NCBI GenBank assembly: GCA_963815095.1
Contig: CAWFFH010000003.1
Location: 1,344,001 to 1,408,000 of the forward strand
From: Candidatus Bathyarchaeota archaeon
Lineage (GTDB): Archaea > Thermoproteota > Bathyarchaeia > Bathyarchaeales > Bathycorpusculaceae
DNA: 64,000 bases
Direction: 5' to 3'
Position numbers and translations under genes: made by a program. Shown piece by piece: positions 49,988 to 59,353 of this stretch; position 1 is the stretch's first letter; every line of letters begins with the position of its first letter. Below the pieces are notes generated by a model. That model saw nothing but the letters and a program-made list of their open reading frames with translations. It searched no databases and was not told the origin of the DNA.

Positions 49988-50290
49988 TTTTTCCAGTTGA
50001 ACCTTAAGAGGTTATTTCTTTTTTCCTTTTGGAGGAAGTTGACTTAACATAGCTTTCTTTTTTGCTTCTTTTTCTCTTTCAAGTTTCTTTCTTTGTTCAA
50101 GCTGTGTATTTTTATTTTTTCTACTCATAACGCTCATATTTCGACACTACAACAAATAAGTAACAATTCTCACACTAAAACGTTATCTTTTTAAATTAGA
50201 CCTTTTCATTTGTCAAAAAAAAAACTTATCATCGATTTATTCATTTTTATCGAAATCGTTATGAGATAAGAAGATAATATTTACTTTGGT

Positions 50291-50473
50291 TTGCTCGTTT
50301 GGAGTTCAAGGATTTTGACGACTAAGACTTTGCTTTGCGGTTGCGTTTACGAAGAGAACGAGTGGATGCTTGTTCGAATCAAAGAGTGTGAAAAGCATCA
50401 TAAGGAACGGCATAAGAAAGTAGAGTATCGTCCAAAAGCAGAATGCAATCGTAATGATACGAGAGGCGAATAA
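50291..50473 (+). CDS. Small putative metal-binding protein
   Basis: LCGC...CEKHH. Confidence 0.35.
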   Translation: MLVWSSRILTTKTLLCGCVYEENEWMLVRIKECEKHHKERHKKVEYRPKAECNRNDTRGE

Positions 50474-50606
50474 GACTAATTAACTCCATCTGTGAGTTTA
50501 TAGTTTCTAATTAAGTCGCTATTATTTTGACTTAACCGTTATTATTTTAACTATGATACTGGTAGTGTTATATAGTGAGATTACCGCATATATAGTGTGA
50601 AACAGA

Positions 50607-50909
50607 TTGTCTAAACAAGAGAAAATTAAAAGCAAGCATGTAGTCGCAAAAGTAACTCCGGTCAAAGAAATCCCAGAAGGAAGAAAAATCGCCAAAATAC
50701 CCGAATATGATGTGGTCTTCAAACAAATAGTTGAAAGCTCTGAAAAAATGTTCAAAATTGAAGTCGAAGGCAAAACCGTACGGTCAATGTACGCTCCATT
50801 TACATTCAGAGTAAAAAAATTCAACCGAACACCAGACAGAAAATTCAACCTAGCACTCAGGGTACGCAACAAAGAAATTTACATTGTGAAGTTAGAAAAG
50901 AAGGACTAA
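50607..50909 (+). CDS. Basic hypothetical protein
   Basis: 100-aa Lys-rich ORF followed by a T-rich tract. Confidence 0.55.
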   Translation: MSKQEKIKSKHVVAKVTPVKEIPEGRKIAKIPEYDVVFKQIVESSEKMFKIEVEGKTVRSMYAPFTFRVKKFNRTPDRKFNLALRVRNKEIYIVKLEKKD

Positions 50910-51270
50910 AATTTTTATCTTTTTCCCCAACCTTTTAACTATTACATCAGGATTGTCTTTATCAAATTTTATGATGCATCTTAAGAAAGAAAATCCACTT
51001 GACATACGAAACCGACAGTTTAGTGAATATTTGAACGCTTTCTTTGACCGCATGGTTAAACGTTGAAAGAATCAAAGTTGGAAAAAGAAAAACGATTGAT
51101 ACGTATTAGTGAAGAAGCTTTGTTGTTTGCCAAGTATTTGAGAAACGAAAAGAAAGACTGGAATCCAAGAATAGCTAATTGGAAGCTTGCGTGACAAGTT
51201 GAGTTAGTAAAGAAACCTTAGCTGTTCTTTTACGGAACAGGCTGTTCTCTGGGGAGAGTTATGAGTAACA

Positions 51271-52112
51271 GTGATTATTTCTAAGTTAGAGAATATGAAA
51301 CCAAAGATAACACTACTCAGCTCAGTGCTTATTTTATTTTTATTAGTTCCCTCAATATCTGCAACACAAATTACTAATGTTGCACCTACACCATATACAA
51401 CTTACCACAAAGGTGACCTATACACTACTGTTTATTTTCCAAGTGAAATAACTCCACCAAATGGAACAAAACCACCAAAAATAGAAATCACATCTATGTT
51501 TAACTGTTCTGTAATAGCTTCAAATAATCTACCTTAACTTTTAATTTGACTTTGGTTTCACCAACCGCTTTTTATTCTATTATTCTTCAAGGGGTCTGTT
51601 ACAAACCAAGTTGGCAATCAGGTAATACTACTATTGACTTTGGTTCAAATAACAAGTTTTACAATAAGACGTTAGCCTTCTCAATCTCTTCTACCAATAT
51701 GACGGATGGAACAAAATCAGTTACAGTTTATGCAAGCACAATGTATGAGTTTAAAACAAGCAGAGAGAATGTTGCAGAACCAGTTAGTGGGATTAAGGGG
51801 ATTCCTCCTTATGGAAACTATCTCCATTATTCTAATTATTACTTTATAGAAGGCTCTTCCTCTGTTAACTTTATGATTGATACTTCCCCAACAGCTACAC
51901 CAAGCGTAAACAATGATTCAGGTTCAGGTTATAAAACCAACATTCTCCTGTATACAATTGGAATAATTACTCTTCTGATTGTGGCTGCTGCTTTGTTGGT
52001 TTATCACAAACGCAGAACCAAACAATTTAGTCCAGAAACCTTTACTGGACTTAGTCAAGGAAGCTGTACAAGAAGTCTTATAACGAAAACTCTTCCAACA
52101 ATAAAGTGGTAG
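51271..52112 (+). pseudogene. Surface protein split by a 1-nt frameshift near 51530
   Basis: The signal-peptide half ends SNNLP-stop; the shifted frame reads TLTFNLTLVS into ORF 51546, which carries the C-terminal TM. Confidence 0.75.
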
Positions 52113-53614
52113 CTATGAGTAAAACTATAGCTTTAGCAATTGTTTTGGTCTTTCTAACAGCATCAAGCATAATTACCTTTTTGCCGGCCAAAGCTGAAAC
52201 TAAAGCCATCATTGTTCCAGATGATTACCCAACTATATCTGATGCATTGATTGCTGCTGCCGACGGTGACACCATATGTGTGAAGAAAGGAACCTACAAG
52301 GAGGGTACATTGGTGATAAACAAAACAGTGACCCTTATAGGCGAAGACCCAAAAACAACCATAATACAAGACCCCTGGTTAACTCCTCATTGGGACCCCT
52401 CTTCATCACCTTTTCCTCCACCAAAACCCACCACCATACAAGTTAAAGCAGACGATACGACGATTTCAGGATTTACTATCACAGGCAACGCTATTCCTCT
52501 AAGCATTCTTGCTAACAGAGTTCAAGTCATTGCCAGCATCATGGATAGTATTGAAGTGTATGGCAACAATAATACCATCAGCCAAAACAGCATAAAAACA
52601 TACGTCAAATGCGATGGTTCGTACAACAACTTTCTAAGTAATCCAATGATTGGCGGAGGGTACGACGGCTTTTTAGTTAATGGAGATTTTAACGTAATTT
52701 ACAACAATAGACTTTCGGGTTGTTCCATTGAAGTGAGGGCAAAAAATAATACCATAGCAAAGAACAGCGGTTATTTCTCTCTAAGCTTAACCAAGAGTTC
52801 TTCAAATAACGTAGTTTTAGGCAACCGAATAAGTGGAGACTTACTTCTGATGGGGTTCAACAATACTTTCTATGCAAACGAGATTACTTATGTGGGAATA
52901 GGTGGATTTCACGGTGGCACCACGGATGCGGCATATAATAGTTTTTTCCAAAATAACTTTGTTGGCAAAGCACCTGAATTTTCAGTTAGCACTAAAAATC
53001 CTGGTACTCTCTTTTGGAATAACGGTGGAAAAGGGAACTATTGGCGTAGTTTCAATGGCACCGACTCAGATACCGACGGGGTAGGAGACACAACCTACCA
53101 AGTATATGCCGAGTACCACTATTTTGATGGCGCCATTCGTGAAGATACAACCGTTTCTTTGGGTCAGGACAAATATCCACTCTTGTTAGCTTTTGAAATT
53201 GATAGCGTAAAATTTGATAAGTCCAAAATTACAATCCCTGTAGTTGTGTCAGAGTCGTTGTTAACTGTTCTTTCGCCTCAAAATAATAAAACCTACAATG
53301 TGAAAGATGTATCGCTTAATTTTTCAATATCTCAACTGGCTAAATTGGTAAGGTATAGTTTGGATGAACAAGATAATGTTACGGTCGCTGGTAACTTTAC
53401 GCTTACCGATTTAGCTAATGGTGTACATAATATAACATTTTATGCCGATGACCCGTTTGGGAATACCCAAGCATCAGGAATAATTGTTTTCAATGTAGAA
53501 GTTCAAGCGTCTTTTCCTGTTGTTCTTAGGTTCGCTGTTTCTGTTGGAGTAGTCGCCTTGGCGGTTGCTGGTTTGTTGGTATACTACAAAAAACACAAGA
53601 CGAAAACAGCTTGA
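52106..53614 (+). CDS. NosD-like beta-helix surface protein with an Ig-like domain and C-terminal TM
   Basis: IIVPDDYPTI, GNYW...DGVGD...DKYPL, YSLD...GVHNIT, TM plus YYKKHK. Confidence 0.8.
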   Translation: MVAMSKTIALAIVLVFLTASSIITFLPAKAETKAIIVPDDYPTISDALIAAADGDTICVKKGTYKEGTLVINKTVTLIGEDPKTTIIQDPWLTPHWDPSSSPFPPPKPTTIQVKADDTTISGFTITGNAIPLSILANRVQVIASIMDSIEVYGNNNTISQNSIKTYVKCDGSYNNFLSNPMIGGGYDGFLVNGDFNVIYNNRLSGCSIEVRAKNNTIAKNSGYFSLSLTKSSSNNVVLGNRISGDLLLMGFNNTFYANEITYVGIGGFHGGTTDAAYNSFFQNNFVGKAPEFSVSTKNPGTLFWNNGGKGNYWRSFNGTDSDTDGVGDTTYQVYAEYHYFDGAIREDTTVSLGQDKYPLLLAFEIDSVKFDKSKITIPVVVSESLLTVLSPQNNKTYNVKDVSLNFSISQLAKLVRYSLDEQDNVTVAGNFTLTDLANGVHNITFYADDPFGNTQASGIIVFNVEVQASFPVVLRFAVSVGVVALAVAGLLVYYKKHKTKTA

Positions 53615-53705
53615 TACTTATTGGGTGGCTGTTCTTTTTGGGGAACACTGTGTTCCTCTGGGAGAGCTAAAAGTCAGATTGTTGCATACACAATTAGGGT
53701 TAATC

Positions 53706-54605
53706 ATGAATCGTCAGTCAAGCAGGGTAACCGTGTTTGCGGTGGTTCTTTTGGGTTTACTGTTGATTGGGCTCCAACCTGTTTTAGGTAGCACTGTGGG
53801 TCCAGTTTACCTCTCTGACTACATCACCGTCTACAGCCCCGTCAACACAACCTACAACACCAAAAACATCCTCTTCAACTACACTGTTGGCGTCGGCATA
53901 GGCATGCACATTTCCCTAAATTACACCCTGGACGGAACCCTAGCAGACGCCATGCCCTTCACAGTCATAAACCCAAACGAGCTGCACGTGATGTATTTAG
54001 CGCGTGGTCAAGTACAGTTGCCCGAGTTATCAGAGGGACAACATACTTTGACAATTGCATACTATACAGACTTTAACTTCTACAAAGATGCACATTCTTA
54101 CGTGGACACAATTCATTTTACCGTCGACTCAGCGGCACCCGACGTTGTTTTAGATGCAACCCCACCCAACATAACCATACTAACACCTAAAACAAACCAA
54201 ACCTATGCAGGCGCAGTCCTGTTAAATGTGCTCCTAAGCGAACTAACCACACCATTTACAGTAAACATAGACGGAAACAGAACCATAACTCTGCCAGCGC
54301 AAAACACCACTCTAACCGACTTAACTGTAGGCAAACATAGCCTCTCCATTAAAGCAAACGACCTTGTAGGAAACCGAGGGTACTCAAACAGAGTCAGTTT
54401 TTACGTGACTCAACCCACGTCAACACATACGCCAACCCCAACGCTTACACCAACTCCAATGCATACACCAACCCCAACGCCTATAATCCCAACAAGTAGC
54501 TTCAATTCGCAATTAATGCTTCCAATAATTGCGGTTGTAGTTTTAGCCGTTGTAATTATCTCTTTGTTGCTTTTTAGACTATATGAAAGACGAGTGAGAA
54601 AGTAA
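53706..54605 (+). CDS. Ig-like-repeat surface protein whose C-terminus was replaced by an IS110 insertion
   Basis: Signal peptide from ATG 53706, two Ig-like repeats, PT linker, TM; the original tail RHRKTISQNQPNV is found at 55853-55894. Confidence 0.8.
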   Translation: MNRQSSRVTVFAVVLLGLLLIGLQPVLGSTVGPVYLSDYITVYSPVNTTYNTKNILFNYTVGVGIGMHISLNYTLDGTLADAMPFTVINPNELHVMYLARGQVQLPELSEGQHTLTIAYYTDFNFYKDAHSYVDTIHFTVDSAAPDVVLDATPPNITILTPKTNQTYAGAVLLNVLLSELTTPFTVNIDGNRTITLPAQNTTLTDLTVGKHSLSIKANDLVGNRGYSNRVSFYVTQPTSTHTPTPTLTPTPMHTPTPTPIIPTSSFNSQLMLPIIAVVVLAVVIISLLLFRLYERRVRK

Positions 54606-54731
54606 CTCTTGCTGGCTAGTCCGGTGCCTTCTTGGCCCTTGCGGCCGATTTTTAGACTGGGCTTGACCTGAGCTGCTATAGAACTGGGCATTCGCCCGTA
54701 TGAGAGATTGCAGCCTGAAAGCCAGCAGGAG
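54606..54731 (+). ncRNA. Putative IS110 bridge RNA
   Basis: 12-bp closing stem; two stem-internal loop-hairpin modules whose loops match the target and donor junction sequences. Confidence 0.75.
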
Positions 54732-54742
54732 AAAGAAAAAAA

Positions 54743-55789
54743 ATGGTGAGATATGTAGGAGTAGATGTTGGCAAAGCCAAATGCAGAGCAGCAATAATGA
54801 ATCAAACCGGCGCCATCGAGAGCGAATTCTTCTTTGAAAACAACACTAAAGGAATAGAGTCTTTGACGTCTATGCTAACTGTTGAGGATCAGGTTGTTAT
54901 GGAATCTACAGGGAATTTGTGGCTAAGCATATACGATGCATTGGATAATAGAAGCATTAAGGTAGTGCTGGCTAATCCATTGAAGACTAAAGTGATAGCT
55001 TCAGCGAAAATAAAAACTGATAAGGTGGATGCTAGGATTTTGGCGCATTTGCTGAGAGCTGATCTTGTTGCTGAAAGCTATGTTCCGCAAGGAAGCATAC
55101 GTGAAATGCGAGGTTTAGTTAGGCATAGGCTGAGCTTGGTTAGAATGCGCACGGCTATAAAGAACAAGGCACATGCAATCGTTGACAAGTATAGTTATCG
55201 TTGTGAATTCTCAGATATGTTCGGTAAAGGTGGAATTGCTTGGATGAGGTCACTGATACTTAATGAGCTTGATAGACTGATTTTGGAAAACCATCTTTCG
55301 CTGATTGAATCTATTAACTTGCAGGTCGGGATGGTGGATAAAGCTATTCGAAAAATCGCTTGTGAGGATGAGGATGTTCGGTTGCTACTTAGCTTGACTG
55401 GTGTTGATGTTTATGGTGCATTGTTGATTCATAGTGAAATTGGTCCGATAACGCGGTTTAGTAGTTATAAGAAGTTGATTTCTTGGGCTGGTTTGGCTCC
55501 GTCGGTGCATCAATCTGGGAATGTTGAGTATACTGGTAGGATTACTAAGCGTGGTTCTAGCTTGTTGAGGTGGGTTATGGTTGAGGCTGCGAGGACTGCT
55601 GTGCAGTATGATGAGAAATTGGCTGGGTTTTATGAGCGTGTGAGGGCTAGGCGTGGTGATCAGAAGGCTGCTGTTGCTGTTGCTTGTAAGATGCTTAAGA
55701 TTGTTTGGTTCATGCTAAGTAGGCGTGAGGTCTATAGCTGTGCTAATACGAGGCGTTATGGAGAAAAGCTAAAAAAGATTGGTGCGTAG
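54743..55789 (+). CDS. IS110-family DEDD recombinase/transposase
   Basis: YVGVDVGK, VMEST, KIKTDKVDA, GLAPSVHQSG, ITKRGSSLLRW, AVACK. Confidence 0.95.
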   Translation: MVRYVGVDVGKAKCRAAIMNQTGAIESEFFFENNTKGIESLTSMLTVEDQVVMESTGNLWLSIYDALDNRSIKVVLANPLKTKVIASAKIKTDKVDARILAHLLRADLVAESYVPQGSIREMRGLVRHRLSLVRMRTAIKNKAHAIVDKYSYRCEFSDMFGKGGIAWMRSLILNELDRLILENHLSLIESINLQVGMVDKAIRKIACEDEDVRLLLSLTGVDVYGALLIHSEIGPITRFSSYKKLISWAGLAPSVHQSGNVEYTGRITKRGSSLLRWVMVEAARTAVQYDEKLAGFYERVRARRGDQKAAVAVACKMLKIVWFMLSRREVYSCANTRRYGEKLKKIGA

Positions 55790-56209
55790 TTTGGTTTACT
55801 GGCTTTCAGGATAAGTTGGTCGCTGGCTTAGAGAACCGTCTTTCATGAGAGAAGGCATCGAAAAACAATCTCTCAAAACCAACCCAACGTTTAAAAAAAA
55901 GCATAAACTAAATTTTAAAGGAAAAGTTTGATAAACTCAACTTTCTTTGTATTGAAAAAACATCTAAGGATATTTTTAATTAAAAACTTTAGTTCTTTCT
56001 TTCTGTGTTTGTCTGTCTTGTGTGTGCTAAAGGAGAGAGAGAGAGTAGTAGTAAAAGTAGTTAGATGAAAGAAGTAGTCAATAGTAGTTAGTTAGAAGCA
56101 TAGGGGAAAAAGACTAAAATTTTATCCTTCAATAGTCTTTTGTTTTATTAAGAAGAAAATAAACATTATTAGATTTTTTCAATTAAACTGCTTTTAAAAT
56201 TCGACCTGG

Positions 56210-57205
56210 TTATTTTGCTTTGGAAGGTTGTTTGGGCGATTTGTAGAAGAGCAAAGGCAAAGCAACCAGAGGCAGCGCCAGCATCCATAAGTCCATGTTG
56301 TGCCCAAGGAACCACGCATACCAATCATTCCATACATTGCCCGCAAAGAAGACCCAACTGAAATAGTTCCATAAAAAATACAATCCAAGCGCAAGCAATA
56401 TGACGCCGATTGCTTGGTGTTTGAGGTCTTCCAAGTTTTCCACGTGGACAGATTTCTTGGTGATGTAGCCAGAGTATATTGCCAACGCTAGTAAGCCGAA
56501 CGCTGTTGTGATAAAACTTACCAAGTGTTCCGGGTGGGGAATTAGTTGTTCTACTCCGTTGACTTGCATGGGTACAACCCAAAGATATTCGATTCCTTTG
56601 GTTCTAATGATACCTACCCATATGCTTGTATTAATCAACCAGAAAACAACAATGTAGAGTGTACTAGTGATAAGTCCCCACTTCACAGGCGCCTTTAGAG
56701 ATTTGTTGGGGTTTAACTTGAAAGCAAAGACGAACAGGATGATTGGGAGAACTATTGCTTCCATTACACTTGGAATAACGCCCAAAAACAACGAATTTAA
56801 CAAGTTAATTAACGATCGGCCATGAGCAAGCGTCTGATCAAAGCTTTGAACAGTATAGCCTGTGGTTGCGCTAAGACCCAACCAATAAATTCCCTCAAAA
56901 ACCAAAACAACTCGCAGAACTGTGTACATTGTGGGTTTTGAAAGCTTCTTTTGAGAAAAGTAAGCGATGATAGCTGCGAGAGCTATAATGCTGGCTGCAA
57001 ACCTGAAAACCAGGCCGACGGTTGCAAAGATATCTTCCGTTAAAATCATGGTTCCAAAGGAGCCACCTCCAAGGCGGTTCCATTCACCAATCCATGAGAG
57101 CGTAAACATTGCGTGCAAAGTGAATAAGAAATATGCAACAATAACTGTTAGTAATCCTAATTTTATTGGCGTGACGAATTTCTGCTCTGCCATAGAATCA
57201 ACCAA
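56210..57205 (-). CDS. Polytopic membrane protein
   Basis: About 8 hydrophobic segments. Confidence 0.7.
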   Translation of the reverse strand: MVDSMAEQKFVTPIKLGLLTVIVAYFLFTLHAMFTLSWIGEWNRLGGGSFGTMILTEDIFATVGLVFRFAASIIALAAIIAYFSQKKLSKPTMYTVLRVVLVFEGIYWLGLSATTGYTVQSFDQTLAHGRSLINLLNSLFLGVIPSVMEAIVLPIILFVFAFKLNPNKSLKAPVKWGLITSTLYIVVFWLINTSIWVGIIRTKGIEYLWVVPMQVNGVEQLIPHPEHLVSFITTAFGLLALAIYSGYITKKSVHVENLEDLKHQAIGVILLALGLYFLWNYFSWVFFAGNVWNDWYAWFLGHNMDLWMLALPLVALPLLFYKSPKQPSKAK

Positions 57206-57312
57206 ACTTGGTTAAGATTAACTCGTTTAGTTGCGTATATTATATTTGTGGTAGCTGTAGGGACGGTTAGTGTTAAATACAAAATTCACTTTAGTATTAA
57301 TGGAGATACCTT

Positions 57313-57537
57313 GTGTTAAGCGAAAAACGAATGCACAATTTCTTGTTTGCCGTTCAAGGAGTCGGTATCGTATTTGTGGCTATTTTCCTATTGGCTTACT
57401 TAGGTGGTCTGCCCACAACCAATGTTCTCCATAATCAACTTGTGTTCAGAATTCCGTTAGCTATTCTTGGTGTTGTGTTTTTGGTAATTACATTTGCAAT
57501 GGTAGTTTTGGCGGTTTTTTCAAGAAAAGAACGTTGA
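57313..57537 (+). CDS. Small two-TM membrane protein
   Basis: Two hydrophobic segments and a basic tail. Confidence 0.6.
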   Translation: MLSEKRMHNFLFAVQGVGIVFVAIFLLAYLGGLPTTNVLHNQLVFRIPLAILGVVFLVITFAMVVLAVFSRKER

Positions 57538-57555
57538 TTTAAGATAATTCATTGT

Positions 57556-58188
57556 TTAACTCAAGGTTTCCCGTTTGCCATTATTAAATAAATAAACCTT
57601 ATTGATGAAAGACAATTTTCCCTTATCGCAAACAATAGCTGAACTTTTAGGAACAGCAAAAATGTCCTCCTCCTTCGACAACTCTATCAATTCTTTATCA
57701 TTGCCTAATCGGTAATGCGCCTTCAAGGCTATGTCTACTAGATCTAACCCATCAATAATCTTGACTTCCGAGGTACTTCGATAGGTAATTACACATTTCC
57801 TGCAAAGCGCCAAAGCTCCTGCACTTCGCCCAACAATAACTCCTTCAAAGTCGTTTAGTAAGCTTTGAATGCCTGATTTTTTTAAGCGTTCCACCAAAAC
57901 GGTGGGTACACCACCAGTTAAATAAATAAGGTCTGATTCAGAGATTTTTTCCTTAATTTCTGAAAATGAACACGAGTAATCGACGTTATTTACTGTGCTT
58001 GCACCTAAGCTTCTAAAATAATCGAACATGAGTTTGCTTTTAGGGTATGCTTTATCGAAAGATGCTCTTGCCCACGAAAACACAAGAATTCTCGGTGCCT
58101 CACCAGCATCCTGGAAGGCTCGTTGGTTTATTTCCTTCGCATCTCTTTTGTGGGTGTTTTCTCCACCTAAAAGATAGATCCTGGGCAT
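57556..58188 (-). CDS. Peptidase E (S51)/class I glutamine-amidotransferase-like protein
   Basis: IYLLGG, DLIYLTGG, GRSAGA nucleophile elbow, AHY. Confidence 0.8.
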   Translation of the reverse strand: MPRIYLLGGENTHKRDAKEINQRAFQDAGEAPRILVFSWARASFDKAYPKSKLMFDYFRSLGASTVNNVDYSCSFSEIKEKISESDLIYLTGGVPTVLVERLKKSGIQSLLNDFEGVIVGRSAGALALCRKCVITYRSTSEVKIIDGLDLVDIALKAHYRLGNDKELIELSKEEDIFAVPKSSAIVCDKGKLSFINKVYLFNNGKRETLS

Positions 58189-58235
58189 AACAATTCTGAC
58201 ATGCTTGGAAGTTTAAAAGATTACCGTCAAGTTCT

Positions 58236-58254
58236 CAACCCATTCAATGGGTTG
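58236..58254. promoter_or_regulatory. Perfect palindrome, candidate operator between divergent genes
   Basis: CAACCCATT-C-AATGGGTTG. Confidence 0.45.
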
Positions 58255-58317
58255 TATAATTGGGTCATTTACTGATAATGCTTATTAGGTTTAAATTAAA
58301 AGTTAGCTCGATGCAAG

Positions 58318-58539
58318 ATGGTTCCTGAAGGCTACATTGAGTATAAGCGCCGAGAATTCTGCAAAGATGTTAAATGCTCCGTGCAAATCGAGTTAAACCA
58401 GCAAACTGATGGTTCGCCAGCTTACGAGCAGGCACGCCAAAAATGCAGCACCGCATGTCTATACACGACATGGCAGTTTCATCATTGGCTCATAGAAAAA
58501 GGTTATTTAATTCTAAAACCAAAAGCTTCCTCGGAGTAA
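58318..58539 (+). CDS. Small Cys/His-containing protein
   Basis: EFCKDVKC...KCSTAC...FHHWLIEKGY; 6 bp upstream of the aldolase. Confidence 0.65.
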   Translation: MVPEGYIEYKRREFCKDVKCSVQIELNQQTDGSPAYEQARQKCSTACLYTTWQFHHWLIEKGYLILKPKASSE

Positions 58540-58545
58540 TGAATT

Positions 58546-59343
58546 ATGGATTGGGGAATGAAGAACCGCTTAAGTAGACTCATCCAGAAAGACGGAAAAG
58601 CCCTCTTTTTACCAATTGATCACGGATACTTCCAGGGACCAACACATGGCCTGGAACATCCCGAAGAAACAATTAAACCAATCATCCAATACGCCGACGG
58701 CCTAATGTGCACCCGCGGCGTTCTGCGCAACTGTATCGACCCCGCGATCGAAAAACCCATCATCATGCGAGTTTCGGGCGCAGTTTCGGTGGTTGGGGAA
58801 GACTTAGCTAACGAAAGCGTAGTTACCTCCATAGAAGAAATCCTCAGATTAAACGCCTCAGCAGTTTCCATGTCAGTATTCGTTGGAACCAAATACGAAA
58901 ACAAAAGCCTAAGCAACCTCTCCAAACTCGTCGACGAATGCGAAGAATACGGCGTACCCGTAATGGCAGTTTGTGCAGTCGGAAAGGAACTTGAAAAACG
59001 AGAAGCCCGATATTTAGCCTTAGCCGCCCGTATAACAGCGGAAATTGGTGCACGAGTTGTTAAAACTTACTATTGTAAAGAGAACTTTGAGAAAGTAGTT
59101 GATGGCTGTCCAGTTCCAATCGTGATTGCGGGAGGACCAAAAACTGAAACGCAACGAGAAGTCTTTGACTTCGTTTACGACGGCATACATAAAGGAGCAA
59201 TAGGCGTCAATTTGGGCCGCAACATCTGGCAAACTCAGCATCCAGTAGCTTCCATCAAAGCTATTCGGGCCATAATTCATGAAGGGTACACCGCTCAAGA
59301 AGCCGAAGACTTCTACAACCAAATCATAGCAGGCAAAGCCTAA
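58546..59343 (+). CDS. lsrF: LsrF-like class I aldolase/thiolase
   Basis: MDWGMKNRL, DHGYFQGPT, VKTYY, IAGGPK, GRNIWQ. Confidence 0.85.
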   Translation: MDWGMKNRLSRLIQKDGKALFLPIDHGYFQGPTHGLEHPEETIKPIIQYADGLMCTRGVLRNCIDPAIEKPIIMRVSGAVSVVGEDLANESVVTSIEEILRLNASAVSMSVFVGTKYENKSLSNLSKLVDECEEYGVPVMAVCAVGKELEKREARYLALAARITAEIGARVVKTYYCKENFEKVVDGCPVPIVIAGGPKTETQREVFDFVYDGIHKGAIGVNLGRNIWQTQHPVASIKAIRAIIHEGYTAQEAEDFYNQIIAGKA

Positions 59344-59353
59344 CCTTTCTTTT

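Larger units (their letters stand above)
54579..55852 (+). mobile_element. IS110-family insertion sequence (about 1274 bp)
   Basis: Subterminal 10-bp IR ATGAAAGACG (54583-54592) / CGTCTTTCAT (55837-55846); AGA core at both junctions; excision restores the host reading frame. Confidence 0.88.

Noticed and set aside
55995-56110. (GA)n/(GTA)n and TG-rich tracts
   Set aside because: Simple low-complexity intergenic sequence with no unit structure
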